A stretch of 64,000 nt of DNA, taken from positions 1,001,916 through 1,065,915 of the forward strand of contig OZ252593.1 of the NCBI GenBank assembly GCA_965250845.1, written 5' to 3'. This DNA is from Methylophagaceae bacterium (lineage in GTDB: Bacteria; Pseudomonadota; Gammaproteobacteria; Nitrosococcales; Methylophagaceae). Below are positions 1-9,592 of the stretch, one piece after another. Each line of letters starts with the position of its first letter. Positions within the stretch are counted from its first letter, which is position 1. The notes below the pieces were generated by a model, which was not told the origin of the DNA, searched no databases, and saw nothing but the letters and a program-made list of their open reading frames with translations. The position numbers and the translations under genes were made by a program.

Positions 1-293
1 TTGATGATATGGTCGATACAGCGGGAACATTATGTGCAGCCGCTGCAGCTTTAAAAGAGCGAGGCGCAACACGCGTTGTTGCTTATTGTACACATGCTGT
101 TTTATCCGGCCCTGCAGTAGATAATATTGGAAATTCAGTATTAGATGAATTAGTTGTAACGGATACGATTCCATTGCAAAAAAAAGCACAAGAATGTGAG
201 AAGATTCGCCTATTAAGTATTGCTGAAATGTTGGCAGAGGCGATGTATAGAATTAGTAATGAGGAGTCAGTTAGCTCCTTATATATGGATTAA
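1..293 (+). CDS. prs: Ribose-phosphate pyrophosphokinase, C-terminal part (5' end lies outside the window)
   Basis: Translation [18 protein letters not shown]...VVTDTIP matches the PRPP synthetase C-terminal ribose-5-P binding region; conserved neighbourhood prs-rplY-pth-ychF. Confidence 0.85.
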   Translation, partial: DDMVDTAGTLCAAAAALKERGATRVVAYCTHAVLSGPAVDNIGNSVLDELVVTDTIPLQKKAQECEKIRLLSIAEMLAEAMYRISNEESVSSLYMD

Positions 294-388
294 TAAATTT
301 AAAGAGATTTTTCTTTAGATTTATTGTTAGTCAGAGCATTCTTTGAATGTTATCTGCATGCCTACCCTGGTCGCAAGGGGGGCAGAGC

Positions 389-411
389 GCCGCCGGAGAG
401 GCGGCATTTTT
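389..411 (+). terminator. Rho-independent terminator candidate after prs
   Basis: GCCGCC (389-394) / GGCGGC (400-405) stem, GGAGA loop, then A-TTTTT. Confidence 0.5.
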
Positions 412-451
412 AATGGGTAATACATCATTACTCATGGTTTTGGAGAAAAAG

Positions 452-1129
452 ATGGAAAATTTATTTGAAGTTCAAGCTGAACTACGTACTGACACAGGGA
501 AGGGTGCGAGCCGCCGCCTACGTCATGCAGGTCAAGTTCCAGCTATTATGTATGGTAACAATGAAACGCCAATTTCATTAACACTAAATCACAACAAATT
601 CATTCGTCACCTAGAAGAAGATGCATTCTATGCACATATCTTGACGATTACTGTTGATGGTAAAAAACATCAAGTAGTATTGAAAGATCTACAGCGTCAT
701 CCTGCTAGTGACATGAGAATCATGCATGCTGATTTTTTACGAGTCAGTGCTAAAGTTGCAATGACAATGAATGTACAGCTTCACTTCATTGGTGATGAAC
801 TTGCTCCTGGTGTTAAAGATGGCGGTAAAGTTTCTCATCTAATGTCTGATGTTGAAATCTCTTGTTTACCAAAAGATTTACCAGAGTTTATTGAAGTGGA
901 TATATCTGCAGTAGAACTTGATTCTTCTATTCACTTGTCTGAATTAGTATTGCCTAAAGGTGTTACATTAACTGCATTAGCTCATGCTCACGATGAAGAG
1001 TTAGAAGAAGGTTCTCGCTCTGCTTATGACCAAGCTGTTGTTAGTATTCACACTCCACGTGCTGCAGTTGAAGTTGAAGTTGATGCGGCTGAAGAAGAAG
1101 CAACTGAAGAAGAAGCAACTGAAGATTAA
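452..1129 (+). CDS. rplY: 50S ribosomal protein L25 / general stress protein Ctc
   Basis: MENLFEVQAELRTDTGKGASRRLRHAGQVPAIMYG is a typical L25/Ctc N-terminus; GGAG at 442-445 precedes ATG 452; acidic tail. The upstream part of the 347 ORF is treated as spurious. Confidence 0.9.
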   Translation: MENLFEVQAELRTDTGKGASRRLRHAGQVPAIMYGNNETPISLTLNHNKFIRHLEEDAFYAHILTITVDGKKHQVVLKDLQRHPASDMRIMHADFLRVSAKVAMTMNVQLHFIGDELAPGVKDGGKVSHLMSDVEISCLPKDLPEFIEVDISAVELDSSIHLSELVLPKGVTLTALAHAHDEELEEGSRSAYDQAVVSIHTPRAAVEVEVDAAEEEATEEEATED

Positions 1130-1215
1130 TTCAGTCAATATTGAGGCAATATATCTGTAATCATTGAATATGCACATTAAAAAAACAGCATGTTCAATAG
1201 TCACGGGTGTTAGCA

Positions 1216-1788
1216 ATGGCTAACTGGATAATCGTAGGCTTAGGTAATCCGGGCCCTCAATATGAACACACTCGACATAATGTCGGGTTTTGGTGGCTGG
1301 ACCAATTGGCCGAGGATTTGAACGCAACATTTTCTGTTGAGAACAAATTTCACGGTCAATTGGCTCAGGCTCACTATTCAGAACATAAGCTATTTCTGCT
1401 AAAACCACTTGTTTTTATGAATCGAAGTGGTCAATCAGTAGCAGCTCTAGCAAAATTTTATAAAATTCCCTTAACAAATATTCTTGTTATTCATGATGAG
1501 CTCGATCTCCCTGCCGGTACCGCACGACTAAAGAAAAGTGGTGGTCATGGCGGGCATAATGGTCTTCGTGACATTATTTCTAAAACGGGAAGTAAAGAGT
1601 TTTTACGTTGTCGTTTAGGTATTGCTCATCCGGGTGATAGTCGCCAAGTATCAGACTATGTGCTTAGTAAGCCTTCTCAACCAGACAGACAGCTTATTCG
1701 AAATGCAATCGATGATTCGTTAAGGGTATTACCTGATATATTATCAGATGATTTAGATAAAGCCATGCAATGGCTACACTCACAATAG
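1216..1788 (+). CDS. pth: Peptidyl-tRNA hydrolase
   Basis: WIIVGLGNPGPQYEHTRHNVGF and HGGHNGLRD motifs; ATG at 1216 preferred over GTG at 1207. Confidence 0.9.
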   Translation: MANWIIVGLGNPGPQYEHTRHNVGFWWLDQLAEDLNATFSVENKFHGQLAQAHYSEHKLFLLKPLVFMNRSGQSVAALAKFYKIPLTNILVIHDELDLPAGTARLKKSGGHGGHNGLRDIISKTGSKEFLRCRLGIAHPGDSRQVSDYVLSKPSQPDRQLIRNAIDDSLRVLPDILSDDLDKAMQWLHSQ

Positions 1789-1797
1789 GAAAAAATC

Positions 1798-2889
1798 ATG
1801 GGATTTAAATGCGGCATTGTTGGCCTACCCAATGTAGGTAAATCAACTTTATTTAATGCACTTACTGAGGCTGGAATTGAAGCTCAGAACTACCCATTTT
1901 GTACCATTGAACCTAATGTGGGTATTGTTCCTATGCCTGATCCTCGATTGGATGCCTTGGCAGAAATTGTTGTTCCAGAACGCGTGCTGCCAACCACAAT
2001 GGAATTTGTTGATATCGCGGGTTTAGTTGCCGGTGCATCAAAAGGTGAAGGTCTGGGTAATAAATTCTTAGCTAATATCCGTGAAACAGATGCGATTGCT
2101 CATGTTGTTCGTTGTTTTGAAGATGATAATGTTATTCACGTAGCGAATAAAATTTCACCATTGGATGATATTGAAGTTATCAATACTGAATTAGCTTTAG
2201 CTGATTTAGAAAGTGTTGAAAAAGCAATTACAAAAACTACTCGTGATGCTAAAGGTGGCGATAAAATAGCTAAGGCACGTTTAGAGCTGCTTAATGAAAT
2301 GAGCAAAGTGCTTAACGAAGGTCAAGCTGTTCGAGGAATGGGCTTAGATGAGGACCAGTTAGAGTTATTGAAAGAAATACATCTTCTAACTATCAAGCCA
2401 ACAATGTATATCGCCAATGTTGCTGAGGATGGTTTTGAAAATAATCCTTTATTAGATTTAGTTTCAGAATTGGCCGAATCAGAAGGTGCAGCGATCGTCG
2501 CTATTTGTGCTTCGATTGAGTCCGAAATTGCTGAACTTGATGATGAAGAGAAAAAAGAATTTTTAGCTGAGATTGGTCAAGATGAGCCAGGTCTAAACCG
2601 AGTGATTCGTAGCGGGTATAATTTACTGGGTTTGCAAACATACTTTACTGCGGGTGTTAAAGAGGTGCGAGCTTGGACTGTGCGTGTCGGTGCAACAGCA
2701 CCTCAAGGAGCGGGTGTTATTCATACTGATTTTGAAAAAGGCTTTATCCGTGCTGAAGTTGTTAGTTATGATGACTTTGTTGAATATAAGGGTGAATCAG
2801 GCGCTAAAGATGCAGGTAAATGGCGTTTAGAAGGCAAGGATTACATTATTAAAGATGGCGATGTAATGCATTTCCGCTTTAATGTATAA
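1798..2889 (+). CDS. ychF: Ribosome-binding ATPase YchF
   Basis: P-loop [15 protein letters not shown], 363 aa, C-terminal TGS-like end FRFNV; follows pth as in many bacteria. Confidence 0.95.
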   Translation: MGFKCGIVGLPNVGKSTLFNALTEAGIEAQNYPFCTIEPNVGIVPMPDPRLDALAEIVVPERVLPTTMEFVDIAGLVAGASKGEGLGNKFLANIRETDAIAHVVRCFEDDNVIHVANKISPLDDIEVINTELALADLESVEKAITKTTRDAKGGDKIAKARLELLNEMSKVLNEGQAVRGMGLDEDQLELLKEIHLLTIKPTMYIANVAEDGFENNPLLDLVSELAESEGAAIVAICASIESEIAELDDEEKKEFLAEIGQDEPGLNRVIRSGYNLLGLQTYFTAGVKEVRAWTVRVGATAPQGAGVIHTDFEKGFIRAEVVSYDDFVEYKGESGAKDAGKWRLEGKDYIIKDGDVMHFRFNV

Positions 2890-2939
2890 AGCATTTACTA
2901 CACCGTTAACGATAAGCTAAGCCCGTTTACCTAGATTTA

Positions 2940-3959
2940 ATGGATGAAGATATGGTAATAAAATTTTCTAATATACTTTTTAGTATAGCGGTTAGTTTAT
3001 TGTTGGTTTCGCCTGTGTCAGCAGAGTCAATTGATTCCTGTATGCAGAAAAAGTTAATGACGGCTTCTGATGTGGTAACGGTTGGAGAGTTACGTAAAGC
3101 TTGTCAGGAAAATATTGATTTAGCACAAATTGAAATAGAGAGTGTTGTTCTAATAGAAGAATCTGCTATAACACGGCGGTTAAGGTTGGAGCGAGAAGGT
3201 GAGGGCAATTTGTTTTCACTACAGCCGCATAAGCCAAATTACATCATATTGAGTAATAATCTAGCTTCAGCCAATGAGCAGCCGTTTATGGATGCTTTTC
3301 CTAGTAGAGATATTCATTTGCAGCCATGGGAAACTAAATTCCAAATTAGTTTAAAAGTCCCCATTGCTCGCGAATTGTTTGCCGGCAATGGCGACCTTTT
3401 TGTTGCTTATACCAACCGTTCTTTTTGGCAGCAATTTAACAAAGAGAGCTCATCGCCCTTTCGTGACTCTAATCATGAACCAGAAGCATGGCTATCATTC
3501 AGAAATGATAGTGAACTATGGGGCTTTAAGAATTCTATAATTAGAACTGGCTTGGTTCACCAATCAAACGGTCAAGCGGGGTCATTATCACGTAGTTGGA
3601 ATAGGGTCTATGCAGACTTCATTATTGAGAAAGGAAACTTCTATTTTTCCTTTAAACCTTGGCTGCGTATTTCAGAAGATTTTGAAGATGATGATAATCC
3701 AGATATTGATGATTATCTTGGCAATTTTGAGTTTAGTGGTTTATATAAAAAAGGTGAGCATACCTTCGACTTTATGATCCGCGATAATTTAGATTTTAGT
3801 GATAATCATGGTGCTCTACAATTAGGTTGGAGCTTTCCTTTATCAAGTAATGTTAAAGGTTATGTGCAGTGGTTTAATGGTTATGGGGAAAGCTTGATTG
3901 ATTATAATGCTTATTCCAATAGTCTCGGATTTGGTGTTAAATTAAGTGATTGGTTATAA
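2940..3959 (+). CDS. pldA: Outer-membrane phospholipase A (OMPLA family)
   Basis: Signal peptide; catalytic-type block LVHQSNGQAGSLSRSWNRVY (H-x-S-N-G); C-terminal beta-barrel-like end with aromatic terminus. Start could be M5. Confidence 0.75.
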   Translation: MDEDMVIKFSNILFSIAVSLLLVSPVSAESIDSCMQKKLMTASDVVTVGELRKACQENIDLAQIEIESVVLIEESAITRRLRLEREGEGNLFSLQPHKPNYIILSNNLASANEQPFMDAFPSRDIHLQPWETKFQISLKVPIARELFAGNGDLFVAYTNRSFWQQFNKESSSPFRDSNHEPEAWLSFRNDSELWGFKNSIIRTGLVHQSNGQAGSLSRSWNRVYADFIIEKGNFYFSFKPWLRISEDFEDDDNPDIDDYLGNFEFSGLYKKGEHTFDFMIRDNLDFSDNHGALQLGWSFPLSSNVKGYVQWFNGYGESLIDYNAYSNSLGFGVKLSDWL

Positions 3960-4016
3960 AATTCTTATATTGCTTGATATTTATTTAATAGCATTGTAAA
4001 ATTGTCGGCTTGGTAT

Positions 4017-4093
4017 GGCTATGTAGCTCAGTTGGTTAGAGCACATCACTCATAATGATGGGGTCCCTAGTTCGAATCTAGGTATAGCCACCA
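4017..4093 (+). tRNA. tRNA-Met (anticodon CAT), elongator-like, CCA encoded
   Basis: GGCTATGTAGCTCAGTTGGTTAGAGCACATCACTCATAATGATGGGGTCCCTAGTTCGAATCTAGGTATAGCCACCA folds as a cloverleaf. It is nearly identical in the D and anticodon arms to enterobacterial elongator tRNA-Met (from memory). Confidence 0.9.
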
Positions 4094-4131
4094 AACTCAC
4101 CTCCTACACCCTCCCAAACAGTCCCGAAAGC

Positions 4132-4331
4132 AAAGCCATGCAGCAGCTTTCTGCGTTAGACTGACTTCCTATAGTTCGCTATTGCTACGTAAACCTGCCT
4201 TGATATCCACTAAAATAAAGACACTGGTCATATGATTATAGGTTTGTTTTATCTATTTCGAGTCCGTGACCGTTCATAAGTGATTGTAAACTAGAATGTT
4301 GCTGACTATTCTTATCCAAAGTTTAGGTTAA
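4132..4331 (+). repeat. Copy A (5'-truncated, internally deleted) of a ~235-bp TTAA-ended non-coding element
   Basis: Shares blocks GCGTTAGA, GCTATTGCTACG, CTGCCTTGATATCCACTAAAATAAAG-CACTGG, ATTGTAA, TTGCTG-CTA and TTTAGGTTAA with 43828-44060 and 60727-60970. It lacks the left terminal repeat and the first hairpin arm. Confidence 0.6.
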
Positions 4332-4365
4332 ATAGAAAAAGCCACATAGCTTATGATCGTATTTA

Positions 4366-4467
4366 TTAATTATCTATACATGACAGTACAACGTGTAAAG
4401 AAAATTGAATTATCTATACATGACGGGTACTATGTGTAAAGAAAACTGAATTATCTATACATGACGA
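4366..4467 (+). repeat. 2.5 tandem copies of a ~41-bp unit directly upstream of fic (possible operator or iteron-like array)
   Basis: TTATCTATACATGAC occurs at 4370, 4410 and 4451; the first two units also share GTGTAAAGAAAA-TGAA. Confidence 0.8.
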
Positions 4468-4486
4468 TTTCATTAAGGACTGCATT

Positions 4487-5569
4487 GTGAATGAACCTGA
4501 ATTGCCCTTTTTGCCGCCCACCATGGAGCTAGAAACTAAGCCTGTGTTACGAAAGTTAACCAAGGCTCATCGGTATCTTGCTGAGTTAAAAGGCGTGGTT
4601 GGCACTATACCTAATGAAGGTATTTTAATTAATACACTGACATTACAAGAGGCCAAGGATAGCTCAGAAATTGAAAATATAATCACTACGCATGATGAAT
4701 TATACAAAAGTGCGTTATTTGAAGGTGTGATCAAAAACCTATCTGCTAAAGAAGTAAGGCACTATGCAACTGCATTACGTGCGGGATTTGTAGAGGTTCG
4801 TAAAACTGGATTAATTACTACCAATTTGATTATTTCCCTGTACCAAGAGCTAGAACAAAATGATGGTGGGCTTCGTCGTCAATCTGGCACGACATTAAAG
4901 AACGATAAAACAGGTGAGGTTATTTATACACCACCTCAAAGCCATGATGAAATAGTGGCGTTAATGACAAATTTAGAACAATTTATTAATGATGAATCTA
5001 TGTTTGATGTTGATCCCTTGGTAAAGATGGCGGTAATCCATCACCAGTTCGAAAGTATTCATCCCTTTTATGACGGCAATGGTCGTGCTGGCAGAATAAT
5101 CAATATTTTGTATTTGGTTGCACAGGGCTTACTAGATATTCCAATACTGTATTTAAGCGGCTATATCATCCAAACAAAGCAAGACTATTACCGTTTACTA
5201 CAAGATGTAAGGGATAGTGGCTCATGGGAAGAGTGGTTGATGTATATACTGGATGGAATAGAGGTCACTTCTCGTAATACGATCAAGTTAGTAACTGAGA
5301 TCAATAATCTGATGCAAGACTATAAGCACCGTATTAGAACTGAGCTACCTAAAATATATAGCCAAGAACTACTCAACAACCTATTCAGCCACCCCTATAC
5401 TAAAATTGAATACATGCAGCATGATTTAAATGTATCGAGGCTAACTGCTGGCAAATATTTAAGCCAATTAACCGAACATGGTTTGGTGAAGAAGCAAAAA
5501 ATAGGACGATATAATTATTATATTAATGAGCCATTGTTTAAATTATTCACAACACCACCATTTAAGTGA
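4487..5569 (+). CDS. Fic family protein (AMPylase-type; intramolecular inhibitory helix; C-terminal winged-helix)
   Basis: Fic motif HPFYDGNGRAGR; N-terminal S-x-x-x-E-N inhibitory motif (SSEIEN); C-terminal HTH-like LTAGKYLSQLTEHGLVKK. GTG start. Confidence 0.85.
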   Translation: MNEPELPFLPPTMELETKPVLRKLTKAHRYLAELKGVVGTIPNEGILINTLTLQEAKDSSEIENIITTHDELYKSALFEGVIKNLSAKEVRHYATALRAGFVEVRKTGLITTNLIISLYQELEQNDGGLRRQSGTTLKNDKTGEVIYTPPQSHDEIVALMTNLEQFINDESMFDVDPLVKMAVIHHQFESIHPFYDGNGRAGRIINILYLVAQGLLDIPILYLSGYIIQTKQDYYRLLQDVRDSGSWEEWLMYILDGIEVTSRNTIKLVTEINNLMQDYKHRIRTELPKIYSQELLNNLFSHPYTKIEYMQHDLNVSRLTAGKYLSQLTEHGLVKKQKIGRYNYYINEPLFKLFTTPPFK

Positions 5570-5677
5570 TCATGAATGAATTGCAGTAAGCAATATTTGG
5601 TGGTAACTATGGCTTTAAAAATATTCATATATGCAATTCAAAGGCTAAAGACGAGTAGCATCAGCTATCAGCAGAAC

Positions 5678-8600
5678 TTAGCTTGATAGTAGAGTATTCA
5701 CTTTCTCATAAGCTATTTTGAGTGGTTCAATTCCTTTTCTGGCTTCTTCAATATTTCCTGCATGATGTAACGCAATAAGCTTTTCAGCAAGAATATAAAA
5801 TATGTCGTGAGCCTTTTGCAGTTCTTCAAGCCAATCATCATCAAAAATAGCCTTATCTTTAAAGCGAGATAACCATTTTCCAAGATGGCATTTTATTAAG
5901 TAGTCATCAAAACCTCTATCAGCCATAGTCAGAAGCACATTATTTACATTTTGGAACCAATGTTTAGTGGTTAGCTGAAATATTTTTATTTTATCTTCTT
6001 GTTCTGAATGTGATTCATTACTGTAGTTTATCCAAGATTGGTTTGGCTGATAGTTCAAGAGCCATGCAGGGATATTATCTGCTGGAAGTGGTGGAGATAT
6101 ACCAAAACCTTGGGCGTCATAACAGCCCATAATGAGCAGCACTATGCCATGGGCTTCCGTCTCTACGCCTTCAGCAATAACTTTTCGGTTAAATGCACGA
6201 GCAAGACCAATGACTCCTTCAATGATACTGTAATCATTTGGGTTATTCAAAAGGTCGCGAACAAAGCTTTGATCTATTTTAATCGTATTCGCAGATAGGT
6301 TCCTCATATGGGTGAGGGATGAGTAACCCGTACCAAAATCATCGAGAGCAACGTTAACCCCTAATACGTTCTGACAACTTTTGATAATACCGCTAACAGT
6401 ATGAATATCACCAAGTGCACTACTTTCTAATATTTCTAGTTCTACATCTTGAGAGTCTATATCAGGATATTTATTTAATGCTTCATTCAGTTGATCAAAG
6501 AAAGCGAGAGACTGTAAATGATGAGATGAAATATTAATGCTAACTTTAAGTTTAATGCCTTGTTGTTGCCAATCATGAAGTTGTTGCAGTGCTTCATTGA
6601 TAACCCAGCCACCTATTTGAATTTCTAAATCTGTATTTGCAATAAGAGGTAAAAAATCCAAAGGTGGGATTAAGCCCTTATCAGGGTGTATCCAGCGAAT
6701 CAAAGCTTCGACACCAAACACTTGCCCCGTCTTCATATTCACTTTAGGTTGGTAGTAGAGGCAGAATTCTTTATTGCCTAGTGCCTGTGATATTTCTTGA
6801 CGTTGAGTTTGTTTATGGGCAATTTTCTGGTCATCTAAAGCATTAAATAACTTAAGTTGATCTTTTCCAGCTAACTTAGCTTGATACATCGCTTGATCGG
6901 CATGTCGTAATAAAGTATCTAGATCAGAGTTATCTAGAGGATAAATAGTTGAACCAAGTGAGATACTAAGATTATGAGTATGACCGTTAATTACATAAGG
7001 TTGAGCTAGTGATTGGCAAACACGATTTAATAGTTGTTCACACTGCGCAAATGATTCGATATCACGTAGTAATAGCGTGAATTCATCGCCTCCTTGACGA
7101 GATGCTGTATCTTCTTCTCTGATCGTCATTTTTAGTCGATTTGCAACTTCAATTAATAATAAGTCGCCAATAGCGTGACCAAAATTATCATTAATAGGCT
7201 TGAAGTTGTCTAAATCTAGAAAGCAAATAGCTAGCATGCTTTCTGTTCGCTTGCTGTGAGCAAGAGCTTGACTAAACCGGTCAGAAAAAAGTGCTCGGTT
7301 AGGTAGTTTGGTGAGCACATCATAATGTGCCATTAGATTAAGTTTCTCTTCAGACTTTTTGCGATCAGAAATATTTCGAACAGTGGCTTGAACTAATGCC
7401 TGTCCATGTATAGTTAAAGTGCTTAATAATACATCGGCAGGAAAGGTTTCGCCCGTATCTAAACGTTTATGTTCCCATTCAAAATAATGGCTACCTTTTT
7501 TTATTGCAAGCTCAAGATGCTGTTGTGATAGGAGTAAAGAACTAGTACCACAGGGTTGTTTTTTAGGAGAAACATCAACAACAGATTTTGTACACAACTC
7601 TTTTACTGATGCACAACCAAACAGAGCTAATGTAGCCGTATTGCCATCTAAAAATTTACCATCCTTAGAAAGCATGACCGCATCCATCGTTGAGTCAAAA
7701 AGAGTATGGAATTTTATTTCTGAGTCTTCTAGCGCTTCGGCAGATGCCTTTTGTTCAGTAATATCTCGATGGATACCAACTAGTCTAGTTGCTTGATTTT
7801 TATCATCCCATTCGGTGACTTCACCTATAGAATGAAACCAACACCACTGATTATCTTTTGTTCGTCTTCGGTACTCCATTTCCTTGGAGTTACCACTTGT
7901 TATGCATTCTTGGAAGGCAAAGAGTACAGATTCAAGATCGTCGGGATGTATATTATCTCGCCACTCCTGAAAATTTGTGTGAAACTCATGCGGTTCATAG
8001 CCTAATAAACGCGGATATTCATCACTAACAGCAATTTCTCCAGTCTGAAGGTTAAGGTCAAACCAACCTTGGTGGGCTGTGCCAAGGGCAAAATCTAATC
8101 GTTTTAAGTTATCATTAAGTTCATGTGTTCTATCTGCAATGAGGTTCTCACGTTGTTCTATTTCGATGTTTAATTGGGATATAAGTTCATCATTTTTGTG
8201 CTCTAGTTCGAAGGATCTTTTAATATTGTGATTAGTCTTTTTTTGCAATGAAATAAGCATTAGGTAGTAGACAAGAAAACATGCGGCGAGGAAATAGCTA
8301 TAGTTCTCATTTTGATATATGAGTATTGAAAAGAAGGTAATAAATTGAGGCACTGTCATTGCATAATATGCAGGAGTCCATGCTGATAAGACAGGGACGG
8401 AGGCTGACATGACACCACAGATCATAATCAGAAATACGGATTGAATGCTTACGTCATCAGTACTTAGGTAAAGTAAGCTGAGAGAGCCCCATGAGATACC
8501 TATCAATAGGGTAATAAGGGTAAACAGAGTGAGCCAAGGTGTAATATCTTGGGGTTGCTTCTTTTCATATCGCTTTGATAGGAATGCTCTTGTCAGTGCG

Positions 8601-8812
8601 AGAGTAGCAATAGAAAGAGTACTTAGCGCTAGGAGTGAAGTCTCAAAAATATCATGTAGGATTATATAGAGTAATACAGCAACAAGTATTTGTGCAGCAC
8701 TCGCTGGGAGGGCGGCTAGAAATAGCTGGCGGGCCTGTTCTTGAATTACTGGTTTTGAACCTATGGGCATTTTAGAGAATAAAGCCTTTTTAAGTACCTT
8801 AAGCTTGACCAT
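5678..8812 (-). CDS. Membrane sensor PAS-PAS-GGDEF-EAL protein with C-terminal CZB-like module
   Basis: About 7 predicted N-terminal TM helices, PAS repeats, RQGGDEF, EALIRW...DDFGTGYSS, then a ~125-aa tail with H-x(n)-CHLGKW-x(n)-H. Confidence 0.9.
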   Translation of the reverse strand: MVKLKVLKKALFSKMPIGSKPVIQEQARQLFLAALPASAAQILVAVLLYIILHDIFETSLLALSTLSIATLALTRAFLSKRYEKKQPQDITPWLTLFTLITLLIGISWGSLSLLYLSTDDVSIQSVFLIMICGVMSASVPVLSAWTPAYYAMTVPQFITFFSILIYQNENYSYFLAACFLVYYLMLISLQKKTNHNIKRSFELEHKNDELISQLNIEIEQRENLIADRTHELNDNLKRLDFALGTAHQGWFDLNLQTGEIAVSDEYPRLLGYEPHEFHTNFQEWRDNIHPDDLESVLFAFQECITSGNSKEMEYRRRTKDNQWCWFHSIGEVTEWDDKNQATRLVGIHRDITEQKASAEALEDSEIKFHTLFDSTMDAVMLSKDGKFLDGNTATLALFGCASVKELCTKSVVDVSPKKQPCGTSSLLLSQQHLELAIKKGSHYFEWEHKRLDTGETFPADVLLSTLTIHGQALVQATVRNISDRKKSEEKLNLMAHYDVLTKLPNRALFSDRFSQALAHSKRTESMLAICFLDLDNFKPINDNFGHAIGDLLLIEVANRLKMTIREEDTASRQGGDEFTLLLRDIESFAQCEQLLNRVCQSLAQPYVINGHTHNLSISLGSTIYPLDNSDLDTLLRHADQAMYQAKLAGKDQLKLFNALDDQKIAHKQTQRQEISQALGNKEFCLYYQPKVNMKTGQVFGVEALIRWIHPDKGLIPPLDFLPLIANTDLEIQIGGWVINEALQQLHDWQQQGIKLKVSINISSHHLQSLAFFDQLNEALNKYPDIDSQDVELEILESSALGDIHTVSGIIKSCQNVLGVNVALDDFGTGYSSLTHMRNLSANTIKIDQSFVRDLLNNPNDYSIIEGVIGLARAFNRKVIAEGVETEAHGIVLLIMGCYDAQGFGISPPLPADNIPAWLLNYQPNQSWINYSNESHSEQEDKIKIFQLTTKHWFQNVNNVLLTMADRGFDDYLIKCHLGKWLSRFKDKAIFDDDWLEELQKAHDIFYILAEKLIALHHAGNIEEARKGIEPLKIAYEKVNTLLSS

Positions 8813-9115
8813 ATATTACAATTGGCCAAAATTCAAATTATTTAAAATTATTTTTACTCTACCAAATAATAAGCATTAGTTGATTGGATTTCCAATCTCG
8901 AGAGGTTAACTCTTCTTCAATCCCTGCTTTTCTGCTTCAAATAAAATGAGGATAAACCTCTGGACTCGCAAAGATCTTTTCTAGAATTTTATGAAAGAGT
9001 ATGGAATTATTAACAATTAGAATATTCATTTTTATGTCAAGGATAAAAATATTGCTTGAATCCTATTAGGGGTATAACTTATCGAAAATCCATTCATAAA
9101 GTATATAAATCTGTT

Positions 9116-9592
9116 TTACAGTTTATTTTTCATTATCAAGATCATAACGCCTAAAAGAACCATTAGTACACCTAGAGAGATGGTATAGGTGAAGGGTTCA
9201 TTTAGTAAGTAAATTGCTAAAAAGATGGTGAAGACAGGGCCTAACATGCCCACCACGCCCGACTGTGCGGGGCCGATGCGGTGAATGGCCTCCGTCATCA
9301 TAAAACTTGGCAGCACAGTACTAAATATAACTAATAGACTGAGCCACAACCATGAAGAATTGCTTATTACTAATGAGGACCAATCTATCACTACAATGCC
9401 GTGGATTAGACCAAAGATACTGGATGCAATCATAGCAAGGCTGGTGAATAAGAGGCTGCCCAAACGTTTGATAAAGGATTTACTGAATAGAACATAGAAG
9501 GCAAAGCTTAAAGCAGAGGCTAATACGAAGCTGACGCCTTCTAATACATTATTTCCTGTTAGTTTGAGCTCTTGGCCCATTACAATCCCCAA
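9116..9592 (-). pseudogene. EamA/DMT transporter, C-terminal fragment (gene split by IS982-family insertion)
   Basis: Five TM segments of an EamA repeat. The reading frame continues in phase from the fragment at 10600-11028 once 9593-10599 is removed. Confidence 0.75.

Noticed and set aside
347-451. Long N-terminal extension of the rplY ORF (MLSACLPWSQGGQSAAGE...)
   Set aside because: It reads through the GC-rich prs terminator hairpin. A good SD plus ATG at 452 gives a canonical L25 N-terminus.
1091-1126. Tandem 15-nt repeat GAAGAAGAAGCAACT x2 (also GGTGGTGAT x3 at 49975-50003 and the AEQAAL duplication at the obgE end)
   Set aside because: These are in-frame low-complexity acidic or Gly-rich coding repeats, typical of the L25/Ctc tail and the Obg fold. 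They are not independent elements.
4366-4467. Possible CRISPR array (also the GAAGTGTT microsatellite at 39288-39309)
   Set aside because: There are only 2.5 units. The 'spacers' are themselves partly conserved between units, and no cas genes are present. The 39288 repeat is an 8-bp microsatellite.
5597-5614. Partial match (GCCATAGTTACCACCAAA on the minus strand) to the tRNA-Met 3' end, as a possible island att boundary after fic
   Set aside because: It is in inverted rather than direct orientation and is interrupted by a 3-nt insertion. It is not compatible with an attL/attR duplication.
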